A stretch of 64,000 bases of DNA from an uncultured Candidatus Rokubacteria bacterium (GCA_963805625.1 CAWDVE010000016.1:535195-599194), one strand, 5' to 3'; shown: positions 28,729 to 39,659, counted from the stretch's first letter. Translations and numbers: made by a program. Notes: generated by a model from the letters alone, not told the origin.

Positions 28729-29214
28729 GTGGCCGTCCGCGCCGTCTACCCAGGATCGTTCGACCCGCTGACCAACGGGCACCTCGACCTCATCGAGCGG
28801 AGCCTCCGACTCTTCGACGAGCTAGTGATCGCGGTCGTGACGAATCCAGCCAAGATCGCCCTGTTCACGGACGACGAGCGCGTCCACATGATCCGGGAGG
28901 CGACGCGGCATCTGCGCGAGATCGAGATCGTCGTGTTCGACGGGCTCCTCGTCGATCTCACCGCCCGGCTCGGCGCGAGCGCGATCATTCGCGGGCTCCG
29001 GGCCGTGTCCGACTTCGAGTACGAGTTCCAGATGGCCCTGATGAACCGGAAGCTGCGCGAGGAAGTCGAGACGGTCTTCCTCATGCCTCACGAGGCGTAT
29101 TCGTACATCTCCTCGCGCCTGATCAAGGAAGTCGCCGGCCACGGGGGCTCGGTCAAGGGCCTGGTTCCCGCCGGCGTCGAGCAGCGGCTCCGGGATAAGC
29201 TGCGCCGCGGCTGA
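28729..29214 (+). CDS. coaD: Phosphopantetheine adenylyltransferase
   Basis: YPGSFDPLTNGHLD and RGLRAVSDFEYEFQMA. Confidence 0.95.
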   Translation: MAVRAVYPGSFDPLTNGHLDLIERSLRLFDELVIAVVTNPAKIALFTDDERVHMIREATRHLREIEIVVFDGLLVDLTARLGASAIIRGLRAVSDFEYEFQMALMNRKLREEVETVFLMPHEAYSYISSRLIKEVAGHGGSVKGLVPAGVEQRLRDKLRRG

Positions 29215-29254
29215 TCCTGATCCGCGAGACCCCCGAAGAGGAGTGAACGGACCT

Positions 29255-30445
29255 ATGCTGGCCGAGCGCGCCCGCCGCCTCACCCCGTCCCCGACCCTGG
29301 CCCTTTCCGCCCGGGCTCGCGCCCTGCGGGCCCAGGGGATCGACGTCCTCTCCTTCACCGCGGGAGAGCCCGATTTCGACACCCCCGAGCGCGTGAAGGA
29401 CGCCGCAATCCGCGCCCTTCGCGAGGGGAAGACAAAGTACACCGACGCGGGCGGAATCCCGGAGCTCAAGTCCGCGATCTGCGCCAAGCTCAAGCGCGAC
29501 AACGGGCTCGACTACGAGTCCGCCGACGTCATTGCCTCGGTCGGGGCGAAGCACACCCTCTACAACATCTGCGCGGTCCTCGTCGACCCCGGGGACGAGG
29601 TCCTCGTGCCCTCGCCGTACTGGGTGAGCTACACGGAGCAGGTGCGTCTCTGCGATGGTGTCCCCGTCGTGGTGCCGACCGACGAGCTCCGGGGCTTCCA
29701 GCTTGATCTGACGGCGCTTCGCAGCGCGGTGACGCCACGGACCAAGCTCCTCATCCTCAACAGCCCCAACAACCCCACCGGCGCCGTCTATCCCCGGGCG
29801 GACCTCGAGCGCGTCGCCGCTCTCGCGCTGGAGCGTGGATTCTATGTCGTCTCCGACGAGTGCTACGACGCGTTGTCCTACGAGGGACGCGTGCCGAGCA
29901 TCGCGGAGCTGGATCCTGAGATCAAGGCGCGGACGATCCTCGTCAACACGTGCTCGAAGGCATACGCGATGACGGGGTGGCGTCTCGGCTTCGCGGCTGG
30001 CCCTCGCGAGATCGTCAAGGCGATGGGCGATCTTCAGGGGCAGTGCACGTCGAACCCGACCTCGATTGCCCAGTGGGCGGCCGTCGAGGCGCTCGCCGGG
30101 CCGCAGGACGAGGTCGCGAAGATGGCCGGCGAGTTCGACCAGCGGCGGCGCGTGATCGTGGCCGGCCTGAACCGCATCCCCGGCTGGCGGTGCCCGATGC
30201 CGCAGGGCGCCTTCTACGCCTTCCCGGACGTCTCCGGGCTGTTTGGCCGGCGCTTCAACGGTCAGACGCTGCGCGGCTCGGCGGACGTGACGACGTTCCT
30301 GCTCGACGCGGCGCGCGTGGCGGTCGTGCCCGGCGTGGATTTCGGTTCCGACCGGCACCTCCGAATCTCGTACGCGTGCGGCCTCGAGCAGATCCGCGAG
30401 GGCCTCGCGCGGATCGAGGCGGCCTGCGCCGGGCTCGAGGGCTGA
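29255..30445 (+). CDS. PLP-dependent class I (aspartate-type) aminotransferase
   Basis: GEPDFDTP, NSPNNPTG, SDECY and SKAYAMTGWRLG. Confidence 0.9.
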   Translation: MLAERARRLTPSPTLALSARARALRAQGIDVLSFTAGEPDFDTPERVKDAAIRALREGKTKYTDAGGIPELKSAICAKLKRDNGLDYESADVIASVGAKHTLYNICAVLVDPGDEVLVPSPYWVSYTEQVRLCDGVPVVVPTDELRGFQLDLTALRSAVTPRTKLLILNSPNNPTGAVYPRADLERVAALALERGFYVVSDECYDALSYEGRVPSIAELDPEIKARTILVNTCSKAYAMTGWRLGFAAGPREIVKAMGDLQGQCTSNPTSIAQWAAVEALAGPQDEVAKMAGEFDQRRRVIVAGLNRIPGWRCPMPQGAFYAFPDVSGLFGRRFNGQTLRGSADVTTFLLDAARVAVVPGVDFGSDRHLRISYACGLEQIREGLARIEAACAGLEG

Positions 30446-30618
30446 GCCGCCGGAGGCGCTCGCCGGCGTGAGCTCGGGCCCGCGCCTCTCGGCGGCGGCC
30501 TCCCGGGCGACCGACGTCGCCGAGCGGGCCATGGTCGTCGAGACGCCGGTCCCCGAGCGCGCCATTGTGGGCGTCCGCCTCGGGCGGTACCAGATCCGCT
30601 GACCCTGGGACAGACCCC

Positions 30619-31533
30619 GTGAGCAAGATCCTCCGGCTGGCGGAGGCGCTCCGGTGCCATGTGCCCGACGGCGCATCGGTGGCGCTTGGCACGGCGCTCG
30701 AGTGCCTCATCCCCTTCGCGGCGGCGCACGAGCTGATCCGTCAGCAGCGGCGAGACCTCACGCTGGTGGGGCCGATCTCGGACATCTGCTTCGAGCTGCT
30801 GATTGCCGCCGGCTGCGTGCGGAAGGTCGTCGCGGCGTGGGTCGGCAACGTCCAGCACGGGGCGGCCTACGCCTTCCGCCGCGCGCTGGAGCAGGGCGTC
30901 CCGCGCTCGCTCGAGATCGAGGACCACTCGAACTTCTCGATCGCGCTGGCCCTCGAGGCGGCCGCGCAGGGCGTGCCGTACCTGCCGACCCGGAGCCTGC
31001 TCGGTTCGGACCTCCTGGCTCGCAATCCCTGCCTGCGCGTGGCGCCGTGCCCCTTCACGGGCGTCCCGCTGGTCCTGGTACCGGCGCTGGCGCCGGATGT
31101 CGCCATCCTCCACGTCCAGCGGGCGGATGCGGACGGGAACTGCCACGCGTGGGGACCGACAGGCGTCAGCGCGGCGGCCGGGAAGGCCAGCCGGATCGTG
31201 ATCGTCGTGACGGAGGAGCTCGTCGAGCCCGCCGTGATCCGGAGTGATCCCAACCGGACTCTCGTGCCCGGGTTCCTGGTGACTTCCGTCGTCCACCTGC
31301 CCGGGGGGGCCCACCCCTCGCCCGTCCAGGGACACTACAACCGCGACCACGCGGTCTACGCCGACTGGCACGCGCGCTCGGCGACCGCGGAGGGCGCGGC
31401 GGCCTGGCTCGACGAGTGGGTACGAGACCCCGGAGATCACGCCGGCTACCTCGCGAAGGTCGGCCAGGCCCGGCTCGACCGCCTTCGGCCCCGCGCGGCC
31501 CGGCTCGCGGCGCCCGTCGACTACGGGTGCTGA
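30619..31533 (+). CDS. CoA-transferase subunit A (glutaconate/3-oxoadipate type)
   Basis: IPFAAAHELIRQ, IEDHSN and PDVAILHVQRADADGN. Confidence 0.85.
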   Translation: MSKILRLAEALRCHVPDGASVALGTALECLIPFAAAHELIRQQRRDLTLVGPISDICFELLIAAGCVRKVVAAWVGNVQHGAAYAFRRALEQGVPRSLEIEDHSNFSIALALEAAAQGVPYLPTRSLLGSDLLARNPCLRVAPCPFTGVPLVLVPALAPDVAILHVQRADADGNCHAWGPTGVSAAAGKASRIVIVVTEELVEPAVIRSDPNRTLVPGFLVTSVVHLPGGAHPSPVQGHYNRDHAVYADWHARSATAEGAAAWLDEWVRDPGDHAGYLAKVGQARLDRLRPRAARLAAPVDYGC

Positions 31534-31549
31534 CGATGAGGGTCTCCGC

Positions 31550-32320
31550 GTGCCCCTGAACTACACGCCGGCCGAGCTCATGGTGGCTGCCGCCGCTCGC
31601 GAGATCCGGGACGGTGAGGTCGTGTTCGTAGGCATGCGGCTTCCCCTTCTCGCGTTTTGCCTGGCCCGGTCGACCCACGCGCCGTCGGCGGTGGGTCTCT
31701 TCGAGAACGGCGTTGTCCGCGACTCGCCCGCGCTCGCGTTTCTGGTGACCATGTCGGACGGTCCCAACGTGACCGGCGCCGTCTGGTGCACCGAGATGCG
31801 CGAGGTCATGGGCCTCATGCAGTCGGGAAGGGTGACGCTCGGATTCATCGGCGGCGCCCAGGTGGACCGCTTCGGCAACCTCAACACCACGTACGTCGGC
31901 CCACGGGACAAGGCCCTCCGCTTGCCCGGATCCGGGGGTGCTCCTGACATCGCCTCGCTCGCGCGCCGCCACGTCGTGATCATGGCGCACGAGCGCCGGC
32001 GGTTCGTGGAGCGGGTCGACTACGTGACGTCGCCGGGGCACGGCGAGGGTGGTGACTGGCGGGCGCGGACCGGGCTGCCCGGCGGCGGCCCATCGGCCGT
32101 CATCACCACGCTCGGGCTCTTCCGCTTCGACGCGGTGACACGGGAGATGGTGCTCGCCAGTGTGCACCCCGGGGTGACCGCCGAGGAGGTCCAGGTCGAG
32201 ACGGGCTGGCCGCTCCGCCCCCCCCGCCCGGTGATCGAGACGCCGCCGCCGAGCGCCGACGAGCTGGCGATGATCCGGCGGTTCGACCCCGAGGGCTTCT
32301 GGACGGGCGCGCGACGCTGA
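31550..32320 (+). CDS. CoA-transferase subunit B
   Basis: GFIGGAQVDRFGNLNTT, LPGSGGAPDIAS and RVDYVTSPG. Confidence 0.85.
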   Translation: MPLNYTPAELMVAAAAREIRDGEVVFVGMRLPLLAFCLARSTHAPSAVGLFENGVVRDSPALAFLVTMSDGPNVTGAVWCTEMREVMGLMQSGRVTLGFIGGAQVDRFGNLNTTYVGPRDKALRLPGSGGAPDIASLARRHVVIMAHERRRFVERVDYVTSPGHGEGGDWRARTGLPGGGPSAVITTLGLFRFDAVTREMVLASVHPGVTAEEVQVETGWPLRPPRPVIETPPPSADELAMIRRFDPEGFWTGARR

Positions 32321-32323
32321 GCC

Positions 32324-33148
32324 GTGCGGTTCCTCGGCGTCGACCTCGCCTGGAAGGAGCACAACCCCTCGGGTGTGGTCGTGCTCGAGGGGCCCCGGTT
32401 CCCGCTGCGCCTGGTCGAGGGGCCCCGGACGCTGCCCACCCACACTGCGGTGCTCGACTGGCTCGCCGGATGGCTGGATCGACCCGGGCCCCGGCTGGCC
32501 ACGGCCGTCGGCATCGACGCGCCACTCCTCGGCCTCGCCGGTGCCCGCGGGCGGCGGGAGTGCGACGACGAGGTCTCCCGGCTCTTTGGCCGGTTCGCCG
32601 CGTCCGTCCACAGCCTGTCGGCGTTCCGGGGGATGCTGCAGTGCTTCGCCGCCCAGCTCCAGGCGCGCTGCGCGCGGGCGGATCTTTGCCCCGACGGTCG
32701 CGCCGCGCCCGGTCGGCCGGTCATCCGAGAGGTGTATCCCAATGCGCTCCAGGTGCGCCTCTTCGACCTCGACCGGCCGCCGGTGCGGAAGAAGTACGTC
32801 TACAAGCAGCGGAAGTTCCGCTCCAAGCGCGAATGGGTCGAGGGCGGGCTCGGGCCGTTCGTGGAGAAGTGCGTCACGGTGGTCGAGGCGCGCGGGTACG
32901 TCGCGCGCGACCGGGCCTGGCAGGCGCTCGTCCGGGACAAGCCGAGCGCCGGTGATCGCGGGCGCGCGCTCAAGGCGCTCGAGGACCGCTGGGACGCGCT
33001 CCTCTGCGCGCTCGCCGTCGCGCTCGAGCATCTCGAGCGCGGCGGCATGCACGCCTACACGGGGCCGGAGCCCGGGTCCTGGCGACAGGGATACATCCTG
33101 GCGCCGACCCTACGGCTCCCGAGGGATCCACGAATCGTGGTGAGCTGA
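32324..33148 (+). CDS. DUF429 family protein (RNase H-like fold)
   Basis: MRFLGVDLAW, VGIDAPL, REVYP and DRWDALLCA. Confidence 0.7.
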   Translation: MRFLGVDLAWKEHNPSGVVVLEGPRFPLRLVEGPRTLPTHTAVLDWLAGWLDRPGPRLATAVGIDAPLLGLAGARGRRECDDEVSRLFGRFAASVHSLSAFRGMLQCFAAQLQARCARADLCPDGRAAPGRPVIREVYPNALQVRLFDLDRPPVRKKYVYKQRKFRSKREWVEGGLGPFVEKCVTVVEARGYVARDRAWQALVRDKPSAGDRGRALKALEDRWDALLCALAVALEHLERGGMHAYTGPEPGSWRQGYILAPTLRLPRDPRIVVS

Positions 33149-33200
33149 GGGCCACGCCTCCACCTTTCGGTGGAGCCGCGCCCGGGGTCGGAGGGACCGG

Positions 33201-33921
33201 ATGGTTCGCAATGCAGACGTCGTCGTGATCGGGTCGGGCGGCTTCGGCGCCACCACCGCCTACTTCCTGATGCGCCGAGGTGGCCGGCGGGTCGTCCTGC
33301 TGGACCGGCACGCCCTCGCCTCGCAGACCTCCCCGCGCGCCGCCGGTAACGCCGCCGTGCTGCGTTCGACCGACCTGATGAGCCGGCTGGCGGGCCGCGC
33401 CGTGGAATGGCTCCTCCGGCTCACCGCCGATACAGACGAGCCCCTTGAGATCGTCCGGTCGGGGAGTCTGAAGGCGGCGCGGACGGCCGAGGACGCGGAG
33501 ACGCTCGCGCGCGAGGCTCGCCGGGGCGAGAAGCTGGGGCTCGAGACCCGGCTCGTCTCGCCGGAAGCGGCGCATCGCATGCACCCCTTCTTCCAGCCCA
33601 GCGGGGTACGGTCGGTCCTCCATACCCCGGGCGACGTCTACTTCGAGCCTTCCCACGTCGCGAGTGGCTACGCGGCCGCCGCCGGCAAGCTGGGCGCGAC
33701 GCTGCTTCCGAGCACGACGGTCACCGGGGTCCATGTCCAGGACGGCGCGGTGCGCGGCGTCGAAACGGATCGGGGACGAATCGAAAGCCCGGTCGTGGTC
33801 GACGCGGCCGGGGCCTGGGCCCGTCAGGTCGCCGCCAGCGCCGGGGTCCACGTGCCGATGGTCCCCACACGCCACCAGGGAGTACTGGCACTTCTACTCG
33901 TACGACGCCCCGAGCGGCTGA
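33201..33921 (+). pseudogene. Truncated FAD-dependent (DAO/sarcosine oxidase-like) oxidoreductase joined to the tail of another gene
   Basis: VVVIGSGGFG and VVDAAGAWA motifs. Similarity ends at PMVPTRHQ (~33878); another frame then reads EYWHFYSYDAPSG*. The family's C-terminal half is missing. Confidence 0.65.
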
Positions 33922-33928
33922 GGTTTCC

Positions 33929-34762
33929 ATGCGCACACAGGCGGAGAGAGCGGCCGCGTTCCGCGCCCTGCACCAGCGGTCGGGCGCCTTCATCATCCCG
34001 AATCCGTGGGACGCCGGCACGGCCCGGCTCCTCGCGTCCCTCGGCTTCGAGGCCCTCGCCACGACGAGCCTGGGGCTGGCGAACAGCCTTGGGCGTCCCG
34101 ACGGAGCCGGCGCCGTGAGCCGGGGCGAGGTCCTCGAGAACTGCCGGGCGATCGCCGGCGCGATCGACCTCCCCGTCAACGCCGACCTGGAGAACGGGTA
34201 CGCGCACGAGCCGCGCGCCGCCGCCGAGATGATCCGGCTGGCGGCGGAGGCGGGGGTCGTAGGCGGCTCGATCGAGGACACCACCGGGGAGCCGGCGACG
34301 CCGATCTACGAGTTCTCCTTGGCGGTCGAGCGCGTGCACGCCGCGGCCGAGGTGGCGCGGTCCCTGCCGGTGCCGTTCATGCTGACCGCGCGGGCGGAGA
34401 ACCTCCTGCACGGCCGCCTCGACCTCGACGACACGATCCGGCGCCTCCAGGCGTTCGAGAAGGCCGGAGCAGAGGTGCTTTACGCGCCGGGCCTCCGGGA
34501 CCTCGACACCATCCGCACCGTCGTCTCCGCGGTGACGCGTCCCGTCAACGTCGTGGCGAGCTTCATGGATCCGTCGATCACGCTGGCGCAACTCGCCGAG
34601 GTGGGGGTCAAGCGCATCAGCGTCGGCGGCTCGCTGTCGCGGCTCGCCCTCGCGGCGTTCCTCGAGGGCGCGCGCGAGATGAAGGACACGGGCGGGTTCA
34701 CCTGGCTGCGCAACATGATCCCGATCAGCGAGCTACGGGCGATCTTCACCGCGAAGGGATAG
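33929..34762 (+). CDS. Isocitrate lyase/PEP mutase family protein
   Basis: PNPWDAGTAR, ATTS, PVNADLENGY, GGSIED and ARAEN. Confidence 0.88.
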   Translation: MRTQAERAAAFRALHQRSGAFIIPNPWDAGTARLLASLGFEALATTSLGLANSLGRPDGAGAVSRGEVLENCRAIAGAIDLPVNADLENGYAHEPRAAAEMIRLAAEAGVVGGSIEDTTGEPATPIYEFSLAVERVHAAAEVARSLPVPFMLTARAENLLHGRLDLDDTIRRLQAFEKAGAEVLYAPGLRDLDTIRTVVSAVTRPVNVVASFMDPSITLAQLAEVGVKRISVGGSLSRLALAAFLEGAREMKDTGGFTWLRNMIPISELRAIFTAKG

Positions 34763-34775
34763 GGGGGATGAGCCG

Positions 34776-35140
34776 ATGAGCGCGAATCGCGCCGTCGTGG
34801 TCGCCCCGGAGGTGCCGGGCCGCACCCTCGGGACGGCGCTGGCTGCGCTCGTGCCTGGGGGGCTGCGTCTCCCTCGGCGTCTCGGCCTCCGCCGAGGTCA
34901 CCTTCGACGCGCGGCAGTTGTTCCTCGCCGGGCGCGCGACGCTCGACGGCTTCTACATCTTCGCGGAGCTCGGGAGCGAGCCCTCGTCCGTGGGCTTGTG
35001 GCGCCTGGCCGACCTCGTGGCGACGGGGCGGCTCGTGGCGCACATCACCGTGGAGCGGCCCCTGGACCGAGATCGCCCAGGTGGCCCAGGACCTGATCGC
35101 GCGGCGCTTCCCGGGCAAGGCCGTCCTGACGCTCGACTGA
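34776..35140 (+). pseudogene. Internally deleted, frameshifted zinc-binding dehydrogenase/quinone reductase-like gene
   Basis: N-terminus MSANRAVVVAPEVPGR is joined directly to C-terminal segments (TLGTALAAL...AEVTFDARQLF...RLADLVATGRL...RRFPGKAVLTLD*) spread over different frames. Confidence 0.55.
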
Positions 35141-35329
35141 TCCGGAAGACCGTTGACCCCCGAGGGCGGTCGGCATAGCATCGGAGGGAAGACAGTCCGG
35201 CCGAGGGGGACCGAGAATGCCCCTGACGCGGTTACCCGGACAGCTGCCTGGCGCCCCCACGGGTCATGGTGATGACCGTCGGGGGTGTTCGTGTCTTCGG
35301 GGGACCTCGGGCCGGCACGAGGTGCGGGG

Positions 35330-35764
35330 ATGAAGAAGCTGCGGGAGATCATGCGTCCGGGGTTCGTCTTCGCGGTGCCGCGCCACGCGACCGTCGCCGA
35401 GGCCACGCGGCTGATGGTCGCCGAGAACGTCGGGATCGTGTCCGTCGTCGACGGGGACCGGCTGGTCGGGGTCTTCTCCGAGCGGGACGTGACACGGCGC
35501 GTGGTCGCGACGGGCCTGGACCCCGGCAGCGTGCGGGTCGATGACGTGATGACGTCGGACCTGATCGTCGCCGACGCGGAAGAGGACTACCAGTCGGCCA
35601 TGCTCAAGATGGATCAGGCGAACATCCGACATCTGCCCGTTGTGAGCGACGGCCGGCTCCTCTCCATGCTCTCGATCCGGGACCTCATGCGGGTTCACAT
35701 CGACCACCAGGGAGAGGAGCTCCGCTACCTCCACGAATACCTCTACCAGGTGCCTTCCGCGTAG
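35330..35764 (+). CDS. CBS domain pair protein
   Basis: LVGVFSERD, VMTSDL and IRHLPVV...SIRDL. Confidence 0.88.
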   Translation: MKKLREIMRPGFVFAVPRHATVAEATRLMVAENVGIVSVVDGDRLVGVFSERDVTRRVVATGLDPGSVRVDDVMTSDLIVADAEEDYQSAMLKMDQANIRHLPVVSDGRLLSMLSIRDLMRVHIDHQGEELRYLHEYLYQVPSA

Positions 35765-35868
35765 CCGACCGCCTCGCTCCGGCGGCCTGGCACTGAGGTC
35801 GCCTCTGACCGGACCCGCCATGGCATACTCGGGCCATTCCCGACGCCATTCCCGACGGAGGTGTGACC

Positions 35869-36723
35869 ATGTCCTCGCTGCGGATCGCGCTCGCGCAATG
35901 CCGCCAGACTGCCGACTTCGACACGAACGCCGCGACCATCTTCCGCATGATCGACGAGGCCGCCCGACAGCGCGTCCAGGTCCTCTGCTTCCCGGAGACA
36001 CAGACGGTCGGCTACCGCGTCGACATCGGCACGCCCGACCAGCCGGTCCCGGTCGAGCAGCTCGCCGAGCTGGAAGGCCGCGTCGCGGAACGCTGCGCAG
36101 CACTGGCCATGGCGTGCATCCTCGGGACGGAGACGCCCCTCGAGTCGAACCCCCGACGCGGCAAGCCGTACAACTCGGCCCTCGTGATCTCCGAGACGGG
36201 CAAGGTGCTCGGGGTGCACCACAAGACCCGGCTCACGCCCCTCGATGCGCTGGCCTACACGCCCGGTCACGGCTTCCAGACGTTCGAGCTGTTCGGGGTC
36301 CGGGTCGGCGTGGTGATCTGTTTCGAGGGCCTTCGGTTCCCGGAGACGACGCGCGAGTGCGTTCGCCAGGGCGCCCAGGTCATCTTCCATCCCCAGAGCA
36401 ACACCACGCGGGCGAACGACTGGAAGGTGCCCGTGCACCACGCCATGATCGTGACGCGGGCGGCGGAGAACACGGTGTGGTTCGCCTCCTGCAACGCCTG
36501 CCTGGTGCCCCACCAGAACTCCCGCTCGCTGGTCGTGGCGCCGGACGGCCAGATCTGGGCCCAGACCGAGCTCCGGCGGGAGGAGCTCCTGGTGACCGAT
36601 CTGGACGTGGCGCGGGCCACCCGGGCCATGTTCGAGTTCGAGCGGGGCGGGATGGCCGACGTGCTGTTCGGAACCACGGTCCGGCCGGAGGAGTTCGCGG
36701 CCGCGGGCCCGATGACGTCGTGA
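35869..36723 (+). CDS. Carbon-nitrogen hydrolase (nitrilase superfamily)
   Basis: E-K-C triad motifs FPET, HHKTRL and ICFEG; GGAGG RBS. Confidence 0.85.
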   Translation: MSSLRIALAQCRQTADFDTNAATIFRMIDEAARQRVQVLCFPETQTVGYRVDIGTPDQPVPVEQLAELEGRVAERCAALAMACILGTETPLESNPRRGKPYNSALVISETGKVLGVHHKTRLTPLDALAYTPGHGFQTFELFGVRVGVVICFEGLRFPETTRECVRQGAQVIFHPQSNTTRANDWKVPVHHAMIVTRAAENTVWFASCNACLVPHQNSRSLVVAPDGQIWAQTELRREELLVTDLDVARATRAMFEFERGGMADVLFGTTVRPEEFAAAGPMTS

Positions 36724-36812
36724 CCCGGAGCCGCCCGTAGGCGGCCCCGGGCGTCCTCATGCGGCTCTCGGCCCGCAGCCGGACGCGGCGCCCGCCGACC
36801 CGCTGAACCCCT

Positions 36813-39338
36813 TCACCGCTGCCACAGGATCTCATGGGCCTCGAGGGGGATCGAGGCATCGGGATGGTGCGGGAGGAGTCGCGGCGTGTAGTCACCGGGC
36901 GCTCGCGCCGCCGGGATGCTCACGCGGTACTCGTAACCGGCGCCGGCCTCGTCGAGCTTCCGGGCCGGCACCATCGGGTGGCACTCGGGCTCTGCGTCGT
37001 CGACCGCGTTCGCGTACAGCTCGACGCGCACCGCCTCGGGGTCGAGACCGCCGAGATGCACCTGGACGGTGACCCGGTGCTCGGCACCGTGCGTCTCCAC
37101 GCGAAGGGCATCGAAGCGCGCCTCCGGCCAGTGCGTGGCGAGGGCCTGTCGCCACGCGATCAGCTGGCCCCCGAGTCGGCCCCGGTCCGCGGCTCGTGCC
37201 CGGTACCCTGATGCGAGCGGCAGGTAGTACGTCTCCGTGTACTCACGCACCGCCCGGTTCGCCGAGAACCTCGGCGTCAGACGCGCCATGCTCGCGCGCA
37301 TCTTCGCGATCCAGGCAACGGGAATGCCCCCCGCGTCGCGTGCGTAGAACGTGGGCACCACCTCGCGCTCGAGCAATTCGTACAGGGCCTCGGCCTCCGC
37401 CGCATCCCACGCGGGATCGGTGTCGTGCTCGCGCCCGTCCCCCAGCGCCCAGCCGACCTCGGGAGTGTAGGCTTCCGCCCACCACCCGTCCAGCTCCGAG
37501 AGGTTCAGGCCCCCGTTGACCAGCACCTTCATGCCGCTCGTGCCGCTCGCCTCCCAGGGTCGCCGCGGCGTGTTGATCCAGAGGTCCACGCCCTGCACGA
37601 GGTGCTCGGCGGTGTGCAGGTCGTAGTCTGGCAGGAAGATGACGCGGCCCCGGACCTCGGGGCGCCGGATGAACTGGATCCATTCTCGGATCAGGTCCTG
37701 GCCGGGCTGGTCGGCGGGGTGCGCCTTGCCGGCCATCACCAAGTGCACGGGGCGTTCGCGGTTCGAGAGAAGCCGGAGCAGCCGGTCCGGGTCGTGGAGG
37801 AGCAGGTTGGGGCGCTTGTAGGTGGCGAAGCGGCGGGCGAATCCCAGCGTGAGCGCGTCGGGGTCCAGGCACGCGCGGAAGGCCGCGGCCTCGTCCGGCG
37901 TGGTATCCCAGAACTCGACATGCGACGTCATGCGCTCCCGGACGTACGCGACGAGCGCCGTGCGGCCGTCGGCTCGCATCGCCCAGAGCTCGTCATCCGA
38001 CGCGCAGGCCACGCCCCGCTCGATGGTCTCCATGGTGCCCCGCCACCGCTCGCCCCCGCACGTCCGGGTCCAGAGCGCGTCGGCCTCGGCCGAGTCCCAC
38101 GTGGGCGTATGCACGCCGTTGGTGACGTGCGCCACCGGTACCTCGATCTCGGGCCACCGGGGGAAGAGCGACTGGAGGAGGCGGCGGCTCACGGCGCCGT
38201 GCAGGCGGCTGACGCCGTTGACCGCCGCGCTGCCGCGGATGGCGAGGTACGCCATGTTGAACGGCTCGTCCGGGTCGTCCGGACACTCCCGTCCGAGCGC
38301 GAGGAGCCGGCCGGGCTCGATGCCCAGCCGCTCCTGGGCGTACCGGCCGAGGTACCGCTCGACGAGCGAGGACGGGAAGCGGTCGAGGCCGGCTGGCACC
38401 GCCGTGTGAGTGGTGAACAGGGTGCCGGCTCGCGTGACCGCCAGGGCCACGTCGAAGGGCTGGCCGCTCTCTTCCATGAAGGCCCGGGCCCGCTCCAGGA
38501 CCGCGAAGGCCGCATGCCCCTCGTTGAGATGACAGACCTCGGGTTCGAGCCCGAGGGCACGTAGAAGCCGCCACCCGCCGATCCCCAGCAGGAGCTCCTG
38601 CCGCAGGCGCAGCTCGAGTCCGCCTCCGTACAGCTCGCTGGCGATGCCGCGGACGGCCGGCGGATTGGCCGGGTCGTTGCTGTCCAGCAGGTAGAGCACG
38701 ACCCGCCCGACCTGGACCTGCCAGGCCCGGAGCCAGATCGTGTACCCCGGCAGCTGGATCGAGAGCCGGAGCCATTCGCCGCCCGGACCCCGGACCGGGG
38801 TGATCGGGAGCTGGGCTGGCTCGTTGTAGGGATAGAACTCCTCCTGGCTCCCATCGGCGGCGATCATCTGGCGGAAGTACCCCTGCTGGTAGAGGAGCCC
38901 CACGCCGACCACGGGCACCGCGAGGTCGCTCGCCGCCTTGAGCTGATCCCCGGCCACGTTCCCGAGGCCGCCCGAATAGATGGGTAGGGCCTCGCTCAGG
39001 GCGAACTCCATGCTGAAATAGGCCACGCGGCTCAGGGGCGTCTGGGCGTGATGCTGCTGGAACCACGCCGCCGAGTCGAGGTATTCGCGCCGCTGTGCGA
39101 GGAGGTCCTCGATCCGCTTCCGAAAGGCCGGGCGCGCGAGGAGCGCCCCGACCCGCGTGGGCGAGGCAGTCTGGAGAACGAGCCACGGGTTCTGGGTGAG
39201 GGCCCAGAGCTCGGGATCGAGCTGACTCCAGAGCTCGTCGCTGCCGTGATACCACGACCAGCGAAGATCGAGCGCGAGCTCCTTCAACGCATCGTTCCCG
39301 ACGTCTCTGGTCCCGCCAGCTCCCTTCTTCTTCGTCAT
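36813..39338 (-). CDS. glgP: Alpha-glucan (glycogen/maltodextrin) phosphorylase
   Basis: YFSMEF...YSGGLG, HLNEGHAA, FARRFATYKR and EASGTSGMK. Confidence 0.93.
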   Translation of the reverse strand: MTKKKGAGGTRDVGNDALKELALDLRWSWYHGSDELWSQLDPELWALTQNPWLVLQTASPTRVGALLARPAFRKRIEDLLAQRREYLDSAAWFQQHHAQTPLSRVAYFSMEFALSEALPIYSGGLGNVAGDQLKAASDLAVPVVGVGLLYQQGYFRQMIAADGSQEEFYPYNEPAQLPITPVRGPGGEWLRLSIQLPGYTIWLRAWQVQVGRVVLYLLDSNDPANPPAVRGIASELYGGGLELRLRQELLLGIGGWRLLRALGLEPEVCHLNEGHAAFAVLERARAFMEESGQPFDVALAVTRAGTLFTTHTAVPAGLDRFPSSLVERYLGRYAQERLGIEPGRLLALGRECPDDPDEPFNMAYLAIRGSAAVNGVSRLHGAVSRRLLQSLFPRWPEIEVPVAHVTNGVHTPTWDSAEADALWTRTCGGERWRGTMETIERGVACASDDELWAMRADGRTALVAYVRERMTSHVEFWDTTPDEAAAFRACLDPDALTLGFARRFATYKRPNLLLHDPDRLLRLLSNRERPVHLVMAGKAHPADQPGQDLIREWIQFIRRPEVRGRVIFLPDYDLHTAEHLVQGVDLWINTPRRPWEASGTSGMKVLVNGGLNLSELDGWWAEAYTPEVGWALGDGREHDTDPAWDAAEAEALYELLEREVVPTFYARDAGGIPVAWIAKMRASMARLTPRFSANRAVREYTETYYLPLASGYRARAADRGRLGGQLIAWRQALATHWPEARFDALRVETHGAEHRVTVQVHLGGLDPEAVRVELYANAVDDAEPECHPMVPARKLDEAGAGYEYRVSIPAARAPGDYTPRLLPHHPDASIPLEAHEILWQR

Positions 39339-39659
39339 TGGATCGCTCCCGAAGGGCTGCGGACTTCTTGCCGTCTCCTCAGCGCCCGCCCCTCGCTCGC
39401 AAGACGTGTCAGATCGCGGCCAGCGCTTGCACCTGGCGCATGGCCGGGCTCATGTCCAGCGCGACCGCGGTCCCTTCCGCGCCTACAAGATGTGCGTCGT
39501 GCCGGCCACGCTGCCCGTGCCACACGCCACATCCAGAGCACGTTCGCCGAGCTTCCGAGCCGCGTACTCAAGAGGCGAGCCCGTCCACGGGGTGGAGATC
39601 AGATGTGGCCTCGAACCGTGCGAACCGGGCTCGTCTCGTAGAGCTTCCGGTGAGACCCG

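Noticed and set aside
35833-35857. GCCATTCCCGAC tandem duplication before the nitrilase gene
   Set aside because: Two copies of 12 bp with no other support; likely slippage.
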